A stretch of DNA of 64,000 nt from Candidatus Woesearchaeota archaeon (GCA_964639615.1 CAZXHH010000001.1:68092-132091), one strand, 5' to 3'. Numbered from the stretch's first letter, positions 1-9,511 are shown. Notes: generated by a model from the sequence alone, not told the origin. A program made the numbers and translations.

Positions 1-930
1 TTTAAACCTGCAATGTCTGCTCTAACTGTTGTTATTTCCTGATTCAAATTTTCCTGTTCTAATCCTGTAGACTCTTGAATTTTTTTATTAATATTAACAA
101 TTTTTTCTTCTGAAACCTTAATGGATTCTGAAATTTTAAGAATTTCGTGTTTTATTTTTTCAATCTCCTTATTTTTCTTAGCAATTGATTCTTCAATATC
201 TTTTATTGAATTTTTTCTTTTTGTCAAATCAACATGAATAATACTTGCTTTGAATTTTTTAATATCTGCTTCAAGTTTTTTGTACTTCAATGCTTGCTGT
301 CTTTCTTTTTCCAGATTGTTAAGATAAGCTGTTCTTTCTCTTAAAATTGAAAAAACTTCTTTTTGCTTTTCTTCTGTTTTCTCAAGCTCTTTAAGTGATT
401 TCTCTTTTCTGGATTCATAAATAGATATTCCTGAAACCTCTTCAATAATTCTTCTTCTTTCTTCTGTATGCATCTTTACAAAGTTCTGAATTTCCCCCTG
501 AAGAACAATGTTAAATCCATTTGGGTCTACTCCTGCCTGTGCAAGCAAAGAGATAACTTCGTTTCTTGTTTTTGTCTCATTGTTAATCTTGTAAATACTT
601 TGTCCATTTACTCTAACTATTCTTTTAATTGATATTTCATCTACATCCATTGCAAAAACTTTATCTGAATTATCAAATACAATTTCAACCATTGCTTCTC
701 TTGCAGGTGAAGCTGCTTTTGTCCCCTGAAAAATTAAATTTCTTGCTTTTGCTGCTCTCATAGATTTAATGCTTAATCTACCTAAAACAAAACATAATGC
801 ATCTGAAATATTTGATTTACCGCTTCCATTAGGCCCTAGAATTACATTAATACCGGATGTAAAGGGTATATCTGTTTTTCTTGGAAAACTTTTGAAACCA
901 TGCATTGTTAATCTTTTTATATAAGCCATT
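1..930 (-). CDS. smc: SMC chromosome segregation ATPase, N-terminal part (continues beyond window start)
   Basis: Reverse-strand translation from ATG at 930 gives MAYIKRLTMHGFKSFPRK...GPNGSGKSNISDALCFVLG (Walker A) followed by long coiled-coil K/E-rich sequence; no stop before position 1. Confidence 0.75.
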
Positions 931-1008
931 AAAAGATAACCTCACCAATCTCTTTTGTTTTCACCATGATATATTCAGTAAATATAGGTTTTTAAGATTT
1001 TCAGAACT

Positions 1009-1680
1009 TTAAATCAATGTTCTTTGGGCAGTCTTAGCAGCATTTGTCTTCCAAGTTTCCCAGGTTTTTCTAAATATTCCATCGTTTTCATGCAAATGTG
1101 CTTTTTTTTGAAGAAACATCATTGTTGCAGGATCTGAAGGATATCCCGAACCAATTTCATCACCATATATTTTTCTTAGATTATCCATCTCTGTTTCCCT
1201 TGCACATTTAGCAAGAATTGATGCAGCTGAACAAGCAATGTGATTTTTATCTGCTTTATGCTCACAAGATATTTCTAAATTTGATAAATTTTCAACTTTG
1301 GTCCTTAAAAGATTAGCCCACTTAGTTATTTCTACTGATGGGCAATCAATTACTACCTTAATTTTAGAATAACCTTTGTTTATTCTATTGATTATTTCTG
1401 CCATTTTGAATGCCTCTAGATGATTTAGATTTGTACCTGAAAGAAGTGTCTCATCTATTTCTGTTGCCGGTGTGACAATAACCTCAAAAGTTTCTGCTTT
1501 TTCACGAATTATATTTGCTAGAAACTCTCTTCTCTTTTGAGTTAATTCCTTACTATCTTTTATTCCTAATTTTTTGAATTCTTTTTCTGTTGCCTCGTTA
1601 ATTAAACATCCTGCTAGTATCATTGGACCAATAACTGGACCTCTTCCTGCATCATCAATACCAAGAATTAACTCACCCAT
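1009..1680 (-). CDS. rnhB: Ribonuclease HII
   Basis: MGELILGIDDAGRGPVIGPMILAGC N-terminus, typical RNase HII catalytic DxAGRG motif; 223 aa. Confidence 0.85.
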   Translation of the reverse strand: MGELILGIDDAGRGPVIGPMILAGCLINEATEKEFKKLGIKDSKELTQKRREFLANIIREKAETFEVIVTPATEIDETLLSGTNLNHLEAFKMAEIINRINKGYSKIKVVIDCPSVEITKWANLLRTKVENLSNLEISCEHKADKNHIACSAASILAKCARETEMDNLRKIYGDEIGSGYPSDPATMMFLQKKAHLHENDGIFRKTWETWKTNAAKTAQRTLI

Positions 1681-1733
1681 AGATGTTTTAAAATAAGAAC
1701 GTTTTTAAGAATTACTGTAATAAATAAATAAGA

Positions 1734-2567
1734 ATGGAAAATTTTCAAATAACTGTAAAAAAAGCACTTTTTGGGTCAGAAATAGAATTTATTCTAAAAG
1801 ATATTGAAGAAGAGATAGCTAAAGATTTTATAGAAGAGGCTTATCAGGAAGGAATACGTTTACAAAAAATATTCAATATTTATAATAAAAATAGTGATTT
1901 GTCTTTGCTGAATAAAGAAAGAAAAAGAAAAATGCCAGAAGAATTTATTTACGTTTTAAATGAGGCATTAAAAATGTGTAAAGAAACAAATGGAGCCTAT
2001 GATATTTCGCTTGGTGCACAATTTTTAGAAAGAAAAAATGGTAAAGAAATTCCAAAATTAGCTTGTTCCTATAAAGATATTGAAATAATTGGAAATGTTA
2101 TTGAATTAAAAAATAAAGAAGTAATAATTGATTTGGGAAGCATTGCAAAAGGGTATATTACAGACAAGATGGCAGATTTTCTTCAGTCAAAAGGAATATC
2201 TGCTGGGCTTATTGATAGTAGAGGAGATATTAGAATATTTGGAAATGACCAAATAGAGATAGCAATCCAGCATCCAAGAGATAAAGAAAAATTTATTGAA
2301 AAAATAAAACTTTCAAATAAAGGCGTTGCAACCTCTGGAGATTATAAACAATTTAATGAAAATTTTGATAAATCCCATATAATAAATAAAAAAGAGTTTA
2401 TTTCTGTTACCGTTGTTGCCGAGAGTCTGACTGAAGCAGACTTATTTGCAACTGCACTAATGGTTTTACCTAAAAATAAGGCTGAAGAATTGTTAAAAAA
2501 GAACAAGAAAATTCGAGCATTGTCTATCGATAAGGATTTAAAGGTAGTTAGATATAATGATTTTTAA
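1734..2567 (+). CDS. apbE: ApbE-family FAD:protein FMN transferase
   Basis: IDLGSIAKGYITD and VATSGDYKQ motifs match ApbE DLGGIAKGY / TSGxYxR signatures. Confidence 0.7.
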   Translation: MENFQITVKKALFGSEIEFILKDIEEEIAKDFIEEAYQEGIRLQKIFNIYNKNSDLSLLNKERKRKMPEEFIYVLNEALKMCKETNGAYDISLGAQFLERKNGKEIPKLACSYKDIEIIGNVIELKNKEVIIDLGSIAKGYITDKMADFLQSKGISAGLIDSRGDIRIFGNDQIEIAIQHPRDKEKFIEKIKLSNKGVATSGDYKQFNENFDKSHIINKKEFISVTVVAESLTEADLFATALMVLPKNKAEELLKKNKKIRALSIDKDLKVVRYNDF

Positions 2568-3870
2568 AATGAATCTCAAAAAAAGTATATTGATTTTAAT
2601 TACAATTTTAATTGTAGGAATACCTATATTACTAGTTAGTCTTAATAGTTCCGGTAAATTTGCTGATTACGGAACAGCTTCACACACTCTAGGACAAATT
2701 GCTGGATTAACAGGCATGACTCTTTTTGCACTTACATTTATTCTTTCAACAAGAGCAAAATTTATTGAAGATGCTTTTAATGGATTAGATAAAGTATATG
2801 GAGCACACGGGGTTTTAGGAGCTAGTGCATTTATACTAATACTCTTTCATCCACTTCTACTTGTTTTAAGATTTATTCCAGAAAAAATTGACCTTGCTGC
2901 AAAATATCTTTTACCTCACGGAGCCTTATCAATAAATTTCGGAATAATTGCACTTGTAGGAATGATTATTCTTATTTGCTTAACAATTTATTCTAATATA
3001 AAATATAATCGATGGAAATTTTCACACGAATTTCTTGGAGCAGTATTCATTTTAGCTGCACTACATATTTTTTTAGTAAGAGGAACAGCTTCCCAAGATA
3101 ACATCTTTGGAGGATATTACATTTATGCAATTGTTATTTCCTTAATTGGATTAATAGGATTTGTTTATAACTTGTTATTAAGAAACAAGATTGCTCCCCA
3201 CAAAAGCTATCAAATAAAATCTGTCAATAAACTAACAAATTGTATTTATGAAATAATTCTCTCCCACGAGAAAGAGCAATTAAGATATAAATCTGGGCAA
3301 TTTGTTTTTGTTAAATTCAAAAACAAGATAGTTGGAAAAGAACCACATCCTTTTTCATTAGCTTCCTCATCAAATAATCCTTTATTAAGAATAATAGTTA
3401 AGAATCTTGGAGATTTTACAGGAAGTTTAGACAATTTAAGAGTTGGAGATAAAGTAAATGTTGAGGGTCCATATGGAAGATTTAATTATAAGCGCCATGG
3501 AAGAGAACAAATCTGGATTGCAGGTGGGATAGGAATTACTCCTTTTATTGGGATGGTTGAAGATTTAATGAAGAACAAGTCTCCTCAATCTGTTGAATTG
3601 TATTACACTGCAAAAACAAAAGAGGATTTAGTTTGTATTAATGAACTTAAAGAGATTGAATCAAAAACAGCTAATTTCAAAGTTATCCCCTGGGTTTCAA
3701 ATGAGAAAGGATATTTAACAGCTAAAGAAATAACTAAAGGTAAAAACTTGAATAGTAAAGACTTTTTTATATGTGGTCCTGAAAAACTTAAACAAGATAT
3801 TACTTCTGGGCTAATTAATCTTGGAATAAAAAAAGATAAAATAAATCAGGAGGAATTTGGATTCAGATGA
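2557..3870 (+). CDS. NOX/FRE-like oxidoreductase: ferric-reductase-like heme TM domain fused to FAD/NAD(P)-binding domain
   Basis: Six TM helices with paired His (HTLGQIAG...HGVLGAS; HEFLGAVFILAALHIF), FAD motif HPFSLAS, NAD motif GGIGITPF. Confidence 0.65.
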   Translation: MIFKMNLKKSILILITILIVGIPILLVSLNSSGKFADYGTASHTLGQIAGLTGMTLFALTFILSTRAKFIEDAFNGLDKVYGAHGVLGASAFILILFHPLLLVLRFIPEKIDLAAKYLLPHGALSINFGIIALVGMIILICLTIYSNIKYNRWKFSHEFLGAVFILAALHIFLVRGTASQDNIFGGYYIYAIVISLIGLIGFVYNLLLRNKIAPHKSYQIKSVNKLTNCIYEIILSHEKEQLRYKSGQFVFVKFKNKIVGKEPHPFSLASSSNNPLLRIIVKNLGDFTGSLDNLRVGDKVNVEGPYGRFNYKRHGREQIWIAGGIGITPFIGMVEDLMKNKSPQSVELYYTAKTKEDLVCINELKEIESKTANFKVIPWVSNEKGYLTAKEITKGKNLNSKDFFICGPEKLKQDITSGLINLGIKKDKINQEEFGFR

Positions 3871-4139
3871 ACTTAAAGAAAGCTGTTGGAATATCATTAA
3901 TTATCTTTATACTAGTATTTGGTAATATAATTGCATTTGGTTATTTTGGAACCAAATTAACAAAAGTTGAAAATCCTATAAATTCTTCTAGTTCAGAAAA
4001 TACAACTAATTTGGAAAACAAAACAAAAGTAAATTCTAGTGCAAATATTAGCAAAACTGTTATTAATGAAACTAAAAATCAAACAACTGTAACGCCTAAA
4101 CCGACGCCAAGTCCTCCCCCAGTTACAAGAGCTTCATAA
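3867..4139 (+). CDS. Small pilin-like / membrane-anchored peptide with N-glycosylation-sequon-rich Ser/Thr/Pro tail
   Basis: KKAVGISLIIFILVF class III signal-peptide-like N-terminus; 7 N-x-S/T sequons in ~60 aa; TPKPTPSPPP tail. Confidence 0.4.
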   Translation: MNLKKAVGISLIIFILVFGNIIAFGYFGTKLTKVENPINSSSSENTTNLENKTKVNSSANISKTVINETKNQTTVTPKPTPSPPPVTRAS

Positions 4140-4193
4140 TACTTCTAGATATGTTTAAAAATGAAAGTTATCTTTGAAAAGTATTAATTATAT

Positions 4194-4269
4194 AGCGGGG
4201 TGGAGCAGCCTGGAGTGCTCGCCGGGCCCATAACCCGGAGGTCGTGTGGTTCAAATCCCACCCCCGCTA
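4194..4269 (+). tRNA. tRNA-Met (CAT), probably initiator tRNA
   Basis: Hand-folded: acceptor AGCGGGG/CCCCGCT with A1:U72, D-stem GAGC/GCTC, anticodon stem CCGGG/CCCGG with three G:C pairs next to loop CCCATAA (anticodon CAT), T-loop TTCAAAT; no encoded CCA. Confidence 0.65.
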
Positions 4270-4289
4270 TTCTTAAAAGAGAAAACAAG

Positions 4290-4460
4290 ATGAAAATATT
4301 TACAAGAAAATTTGGAATTATTTTGCTGATTGTTGGAATTGCTTTTCAATTTCTAAATATGTTGACTTATGGTTTGTGGGGAATTGACATTGATATTCTT
4401 GGAGCTTTAATTTTCATAATTGGATTAGTGATTATGATAGCTTGTTGGAAGAAAAAGTAA
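4290..4460 (+). CDS. Small membrane protein (start moved to internal Met to avoid tRNA overlap)
   Basis: MKIFTRKFGIILLIVGIAFQFL... two hydrophobic helices; track ORF 4200..4460 N-terminus overlaps the tRNA. Confidence 0.35.
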   Translation: MKIFTRKFGIILLIVGIAFQFLNMLTYGLWGIDIDILGALIFIIGLVIMIACWKKK

Positions 4461-4664
4461 ATAATAGCTTACCAGATTTATTACACACTACAAGAAACCT
4501 TATGTTTTTTACTTACTAACTACATTGTGTGCCATGTGAGAGATTTAAAAAGCTTTCCGTCGCTGACATTAGCTTTAAATAGTTTCAGTTTGAGACTAAA
4601 AAGGCAAGTACAATGGAGAGAACAAAAAATGGCAACCAAAACAAACAAATTAAAAAAAAGAAAG

Positions 4665-5405
4665 ATGCCTGTAATTGCATTAGCCCAAATAAGATATTCT
4701 GGTGAAAATAATGTTCAAAAGATAAAAAAATTCATAAAATTAGCCAAAAGTAAAAAAGCTGAAATTGTTTGCTTCCCTGAAAGTTGTGTGAGCAAGTATG
4801 AAAATCTTTCTTTAACTGACCCTTTAGTAAAAGAAATTAGAAAGGCTTGCAAAGAAAACTCAATCTGGGCAATTGTTACAGATTCTTTTGAATTCAAAGA
4901 AAATTACTACAAAGCTGCATTATTAATTGACAGAGAAGGAAACATTAGAAGACACTATAAAAAAATAAATTTATATGACGATTATACAAAAGAAGGAAAA
5001 AGAGTTTTTGTTTATCAAACTGATTTTGCAAAAATAGGAATTGCAGTTTGCTGGGACATGGCTTTTCCAAAACTTTTTAGAAATATGAAAAAAAAGGGAG
5101 CCGAAATTGTTTTTTGCCCTGCACACTGGTGTTATGAAACTAAAGCTTACAAAACAGATCATAAAAAAAAGGAAACAATTCTCTTGAAATCAATGGTACA
5201 ATCAAGAGCATTTGAAAATTTAAAATTTATTGCAGTATGCAATCCTGTTCTTACAAGAAAGGATATAATCTCTTATTCAGGAATATATTCTCCTCATGAG
5301 GTTCTTGAAGAAATAGAAGATAAAGAAGGATTAATAACTGCTAAAGTTAATTTAAATGAAAGTAAGAAGTTCTCAAAGATTTATCCTGGAAAAGGGAAGT
5401 GGTGA
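4665..5405 (+). CDS. Carbon-nitrogen hydrolase (nitrilase superfamily)
   Basis: MPVIALAQIRY..., catalytic region CFPE, GIAVCWDMAFP (E-K-C triad context); start 4629 (MATK) also possible. Confidence 0.7.
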   Translation: MPVIALAQIRYSGENNVQKIKKFIKLAKSKKAEIVCFPESCVSKYENLSLTDPLVKEIRKACKENSIWAIVTDSFEFKENYYKAALLIDREGNIRRHYKKINLYDDYTKEGKRVFVYQTDFAKIGIAVCWDMAFPKLFRNMKKKGAEIVFCPAHWCYETKAYKTDHKKKETILLKSMVQSRAFENLKFIAVCNPVLTRKDIISYSGIYSPHEVLEEIEDKEGLITAKVNLNESKKFSKIYPGKGKW

Positions 5406-5969
5406 TTACGTTTTTCTTAAAATTTTCTTTTCAAGATTTAGCAGTGTAAAAAATCCAATTAATGCAAAAAGACCTGTTATTATGAATACCCATTCAAAAC
5501 CTATTTTTTCAGCAACCCACGCTCCAATTCCTGCTGTAATAGCTGTTCCTATACTTACAGAAGAAGAGTAAATTGCATATTGGAAGCCTCTTTTTCCTTT
5601 TTCTAAGTTTGAAGTGAAAAAACTAGACCAGGAAGGATAAGCAAATGCTGCTGCTACACCATAAATAAATTCAACTACATAAATATGGTAGATCTTTGTT
5701 GAAAGAATATATCCTATTGGAACTAAAACAAATAAAGCTGTTCCAAATCTCAGCATCCATAATCTGTCTTTTGGATTAAATTTGTAAGCAAATAATATTT
5801 GAAGAAGAGCATGAGTTATCATAAATATTGCGCTTGCAATACCTGCAGCCATAATTGTTCCACCAATAAGATTATCTTTTATGAAAATTGCAAGAATTGG
5901 AGAAACTAATCCAAATCCGCTTAAAACAAAAATATCTGAAATAATCAATAATTTTAGTGTCTTATTCAT
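5406..5969 (-). CDS. MFS-like 6-TM half transporter (possibly truncated)
   Basis: 187 aa, six predicted TM helices resembling an MFS N-domain; convergent and abutting the nitrilase gene. Confidence 0.45.
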   Translation of the reverse strand: MNKTLKLLIISDIFVLSGFGLVSPILAIFIKDNLIGGTIMAAGIASAIFMITHALLQILFAYKFNPKDRLWMLRFGTALFVLVPIGYILSTKIYHIYVVEFIYGVAAAFAYPSWSSFFTSNLEKGKRGFQYAIYSSSVSIGTAITAGIGAWVAEKIGFEWVFIITGLFALIGFFTLLNLEKKILRKT

Positions 5970-6045
5970 CTTTTTTTACCTCAGATAAGATTATAATTTT
6001 AGGATTATAAATCTTTTTGGGACTGAATTTTTTTAGTGAATTATT

Positions 6046-6093
6046 CAGTACTTAAAAATATTTAAATAGTACTGCAATAGTATATCAGTACTT
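6046..6093. promoter_or_regulatory. Three AGTACT palindromes (cAGTACTt / tAGTACTg / cAGTACTt) spaced ~21 and ~19 bp, overlapping a TATA-like tttaaata box upstream of trxA
   Basis: Read directly: ttcagtacttaaaaatatttaaatagtactgcaatagtatatcagtacttatagg; putative operator. Confidence 0.4.
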
Positions 6094-6095
6094 AT

Positions 6096-6102
6096 AGGAG
6101 GT
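6096..6102 (+). promoter_or_regulatory. Shine-Dalgarno AGGAGGT, 6 nt upstream of trxA ATG
   Basis: aggaggttaaaatATG. Confidence 0.6.
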
Positions 6103-6108
6103 TAAAAT

Positions 6109-6429
6109 ATGAAACCAATTCAACTTAATGAAGAAAATTTCGAAAAAGAAGTCTTAAACAGTGAAATTCCTGTAATAATAGACTTTTTTGCTGATTGGTG
6201 CATGCCGTGTAAAATGATGGCTCCAGTATTTGAAAATTTGAGTGAACAATATAAGGGTAAGCTTAAATTTGCAAAAGTAAATACAGACGAACATCATGGA
6301 ATAGCAGCAGAATTTGGAATCCAAGGAATTCCTGCTTTGGTTATAATGTCAAAGAACAAAGAGATAGGAAGAATTGTAGGATTTGCATCTGAGTCAGTAT
6401 TGAAAAATAAAATTGATCAAATTTTATAA
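6109..6429 (+). CDS. trxA: Thioredoxin (atypical CMPC active site)
   Basis: FFADWCMPCKMMAPVFE thioredoxin fold motif; 106 aa. Confidence 0.8.
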   Translation: MKPIQLNEENFEKEVLNSEIPVIIDFFADWCMPCKMMAPVFENLSEQYKGKLKFAKVNTDEHHGIAAEFGIQGIPALVIMSKNKEIGRIVGFASESVLKNKIDQIL

Positions 6430-6430
6430 A

Positions 6431-7351
6431 ATGGAAGAAAAAAATTTATACGATGTTTTAATTATTGGAGCTGGTGCAGCAGGATTAACTGCAGCAATTT
6501 ATTCCAATAGATATGGAATAAAAAATGCTATAATCAGCAAAGATGTAGGAGGTCTTGCAGCAACTGCTCACAAAATTTGTAATTATCCCGGATTTAAGGA
6601 AATTTCTGGTTTTGAATTAATGAATAAAGTAGGGGAACAAGCAAAAGGAATTGGTGTTGAGATAATTAACCAGGAAGTCTTAGAAATTAAGAAGAAAAAA
6701 GACTTATTTATTATTAGAACACAGAAAAACGAATATTATTCTAAAAAAATAATTTTCTCAGCAGGAATGCAAAGAAGAAAATTAAATATTGAAGGTGAAG
6801 AAAAATTATATGGCAGAGGTGTAAGCTATTGTGCGACATGTGATGCTGGATTTTTTAAAAATAAAATTGTTTCTGTTGTAGGCGGAAGCGATGCTGCATT
6901 AAGTGCAGCACTTTTAATTGCAGAATTTGCTTCTAAGGTTTATATTATAAGCAGAAGAGGAGATTTCTCTAAGGCAGAAGCTGCCTGGGTAAAACTTGTA
7001 AACTCAGAAAAAAAGATTGAATCATTATTTAATGAAGAAGTTTTAGAGATAAAAGGGGAAAACAAAGTTGAATTTTTAAAATTAAAATCTGGTAGAAAAC
7101 TCCAAACAGATGGTATTTTTATTGAAGCAGGTTCTGTTCCAATGGTTGATTTGATTAATGATTTAAAGATAAAACTTGAGAACGGATTTATTAAAGTAGA
7201 CCATAATCAGGAGACAAATGTAAAAGGATTCTATGCTGCTGGTGATATAACAAATCATAAACTAAAACAGATAGTAACTGCTGCTGCTCAAGGAGCGACT
7301 GCTGCATACTCTTGTTTTGAAAAGCTTAAAACTGAAAAAGTAAAAAAATGA
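6431..7351 (+). CDS. trxB: Thioredoxin reductase
   Basis: YDVLIIGAGAAGLTAAIY FAD-binding GxGxxG, redox-active CATCDAGFF, second Rossmann motif VVGGSDAAL. Confidence 0.8.
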   Translation: MEEKNLYDVLIIGAGAAGLTAAIYSNRYGIKNAIISKDVGGLAATAHKICNYPGFKEISGFELMNKVGEQAKGIGVEIINQEVLEIKKKKDLFIIRTQKNEYYSKKIIFSAGMQRRKLNIEGEEKLYGRGVSYCATCDAGFFKNKIVSVVGGSDAALSAALLIAEFASKVYIISRRGDFSKAEAAWVKLVNSEKKIESLFNEEVLEIKGENKVEFLKLKSGRKLQTDGIFIEAGSVPMVDLINDLKIKLENGFIKVDHNQETNVKGFYAAGDITNHKLKQIVTAAAQGATAAYSCFEKLKTEKVKK

Positions 7352-7695
7352 TTAATTTTGCGTGTAAGCAATTTGACCTTGAAGAGACAATCAGGTGCAG
7401 TTTTAGTTTAACTAAGGCAGAATTTAAGATTTTTAAATTTCTTATGAAAAATAATACTAAAAGATTTGAGAGTAAAGAACTTGCAAAAGAATTACATTTA
7501 GAACTTTCAACTGTTCAAAGATCAATGAAAAAAATGAGTGAAAATGGAATAATTATTCGTTCAAAAGTTAACTTGGAAAATGCAGGATATACTTATTCTT
7601 ATTGTATCTGTGAAAAATATAAGATAAAAAACAAGGTTAAAGAGATAATTCAGAGTCAAACTAATAAATTTGAAGAAGAAATTGAGAAGTGGTGA
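7348..7695 (+). CDS. Small winged-HTH transcriptional regulator, third gene of trx operon
   Basis: KELAKELHLELSTVQRSMKKMSENGIIIRS helix-turn-helix pattern; overlaps trxB stop. Confidence 0.45.
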   Translation: MINFACKQFDLEETIRCSFSLTKAEFKIFKFLMKNNTKRFESKELAKELHLELSTVQRSMKKMSENGIIIRSKVNLENAGYTYSYCICEKYKIKNKVKEIIQSQTNKFEEEIEKW

Positions 7696-7785
7696 GTATT
7701 TGTCCTAACCTCAAAACAATATATTTATAAGTATTTTTGAGTAGTTTTCTTTGTACATTTTCGTTGTAAAAACGAGATTTTTACT

Positions 7786-7866
7786 GCCCACTTCGCATAG
7801 AGGTATTGCAGGAGATTGCTAATCTCCGCCCTTCGGGGCTCGCAGGTTCGAGTCCTGCAGTGGGCG
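7786..7866 (+). tRNA. tRNA-Ser (GCT)
   Basis: Acceptor GCCCACT/AGTGGGC, anticodon stem GGAGA/TCTCC, loop TTGCTAA, long variable arm GCCCTTCGGGGC, T-arm GCAGG-TTCGAGT-CCTGC; followed by T-run. Confidence 0.85.
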
Positions 7867-7906
7867 TTTTAATAACATATATAAATAATTAATTCCTAGA
7901 TTTTTG

Positions 7907-8065
7907 ATGCCAATGGTTGACTTAGAGGATGATGGCTCAATAGAAAGAGCAAAGAAAAAAGATGGAGTTATGCATAAACATATTTATTGTCAAAAATGTG
8001 GACGTCCTAAACCATGCAGAAATCCTGATTGCACACAGTTACATTGCAATTGCAATACTCTCTAA
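7907..8065 (+). CDS. Unannotated 52-aa Cys-rich zinc-ribbon-like protein
   Basis: MPMVDLEDDGSIERAKKKDGVMHKHIYCQKCGRPKPCRNPDCTQLHCNCNTL translated by hand; below ORF-track size cut-off. Confidence 0.35.
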   Translation: MPMVDLEDDGSIERAKKKDGVMHKHIYCQKCGRPKPCRNPDCTQLHCNCNTL

Positions 8066-8071
8066 TTTTTA

Positions 8072-9445
8072 TTATACAGTATAATTCTTAGCTGAACTAG
8101 GGTTGAAAGAAAATATTTTAAGGAAATCTGCTACTCTTTCTCTCAATAATTTTGAATGCTCAACCCCTTGTCTAACTTCCCTTAATTTTGGTGCAATAAA
8201 TATATTCGGAATTAATCTCAAAACAAAGCTTATGAAAAATACAAGCAAAATTCCAGTTAATCCAAATAACTTTAAGTTTGGCATGCTAAGCAACTGTCCA
8301 CCAAGCAATCCTCCCAAAAATGTTCCAATTGAATTAATAAAACCAAAATATGCAAAGCATAAAATTATTCTTTGCTTTGTAACTGCATCATAAATGAAAT
8401 TACTTGTTGAGAGATTATAAGCTGCCCAGACAAATCCTGAGAAAAACTCAACAATAAAGAGATAACTCACTAATACCCAAATTGGAGCTTTCATTAAAAA
8501 TATAGAAAGTACCCATAAAATTGGTACAAAAGATGTCATAAATCCAGCTACTTTCAGTACTCTAATTGTTCCAATCTTATCTATTTTTTTTCCAATAAAT
8601 GCTAAGAATAATAGTGGAGAAAGTAATTCACTTAATTTAATCAAAGTAAATGAAAGATAAGAAAGATGAAGTTCCTTAATCATATAAACTGAAAAGAAAG
8701 GAGAAGCAATTGCAACAGCGAAGGCAATTATTGAAGTATAAATTACAAATTTTCCAAAATTATTAGAAGGCATCTTTTTGATGAATTGAAAAAAGCTAAA
8801 ATAAGAAGCTTCATCTTTTGTCGCTTTAGGCTCATATTGTCTCTTTAAAAAATAAAAACTAGTGTACCTTCCAATTGAAGCTAATAAGAATAAAATTGCA
8901 AACCCAAAAAATACTTGCCCTTCCTGTTTAAATGAATCTAGAATTAAACCTGCAGTTAACATGCTTAGGATTACAACAAAACCATTTAGCCTACTTCTTT
9001 TTCCAAAATAAGAACCCCTATTTTCCTCTACTAAATCCTGCATCCAGGAAGTCCAAGCAGGTGAAGCAATTGCCCCTGAAATTATAATTATTGAATAACA
9101 GATTATCAATAATATAGAAGCATATACAAAATTTAAATTAAGGAAAAAATATGAAAAACCAACTAAAATTAATGGAATCCAAAAAAATGCCTGAATAAAC
9201 ACAAAAGGCAAGACCATGCTTTTTCTTTGTCTTTTATAATATTCCTTTGTGAGAATTACTCTGAAAAAATTTCCAATAAGTGTTGGTAATGCTTCAAGAA
9301 TTCCAATTAATCTATTAGAAAATCCTAGAGATAAAGCGTATGGAGTAATATATCTTAATCCGACCCCATCCATTAAGCCGTAGAATGCCCCGTCACGTAA
9401 ACTATTCTTTTTTCCCTTTTCTTTCAAAATCTTTTCTTCTTCCAT
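8072..9445 (-). CDS. MFS transporter
   Basis: 457 aa, ~12 TM helices, typical MFS loop between TM2-3 (GLMDGVGLRY). Confidence 0.65.
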   Translation of the reverse strand: MEEEKILKEKGKKNSLRDGAFYGLMDGVGLRYITPYALSLGFSNRLIGILEALPTLIGNFFRVILTKEYYKRQRKSMVLPFVFIQAFFWIPLILVGFSYFFLNLNFVYASILLIICYSIIIISGAIASPAWTSWMQDLVEENRGSYFGKRSRLNGFVVILSMLTAGLILDSFKQEGQVFFGFAILFLLASIGRYTSFYFLKRQYEPKATKDEASYFSFFQFIKKMPSNNFGKFVIYTSIIAFAVAIASPFFSVYMIKELHLSYLSFTLIKLSELLSPLLFLAFIGKKIDKIGTIRVLKVAGFMTSFVPILWVLSIFLMKAPIWVLVSYLFIVEFFSGFVWAAYNLSTSNFIYDAVTKQRIILCFAYFGFINSIGTFLGGLLGGQLLSMPNLKLFGLTGILLVFFISFVLRLIPNIFIAPKLREVRQGVEHSKLLRERVADFLKIFSFNPSSAKNYTV

Positions 9446-9511
9446 ATACTCTTTTCATCTTTCCCTCCTCGGTTGTAGGCAATCAGAATATACTGAAGTT
9501 TATTTAAAAAT

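Noticed and set aside
4200-4289. N-terminal extension of track ORF 4200..4460
   Set aside because: This part is the tRNA-Met gene read as protein. The CDS start was moved to the internal ATG at 4290.
5356-5571. 71-aa plus-strand ORF overlapping end of nitrilase and the minus-strand membrane gene
   Set aside because: Overlaps two better-supported genes and has no motif or start context.
8103-8393. 96-aa plus-strand ORF
   Set aside because: Antisense to the MFS transporter gene. No start context.
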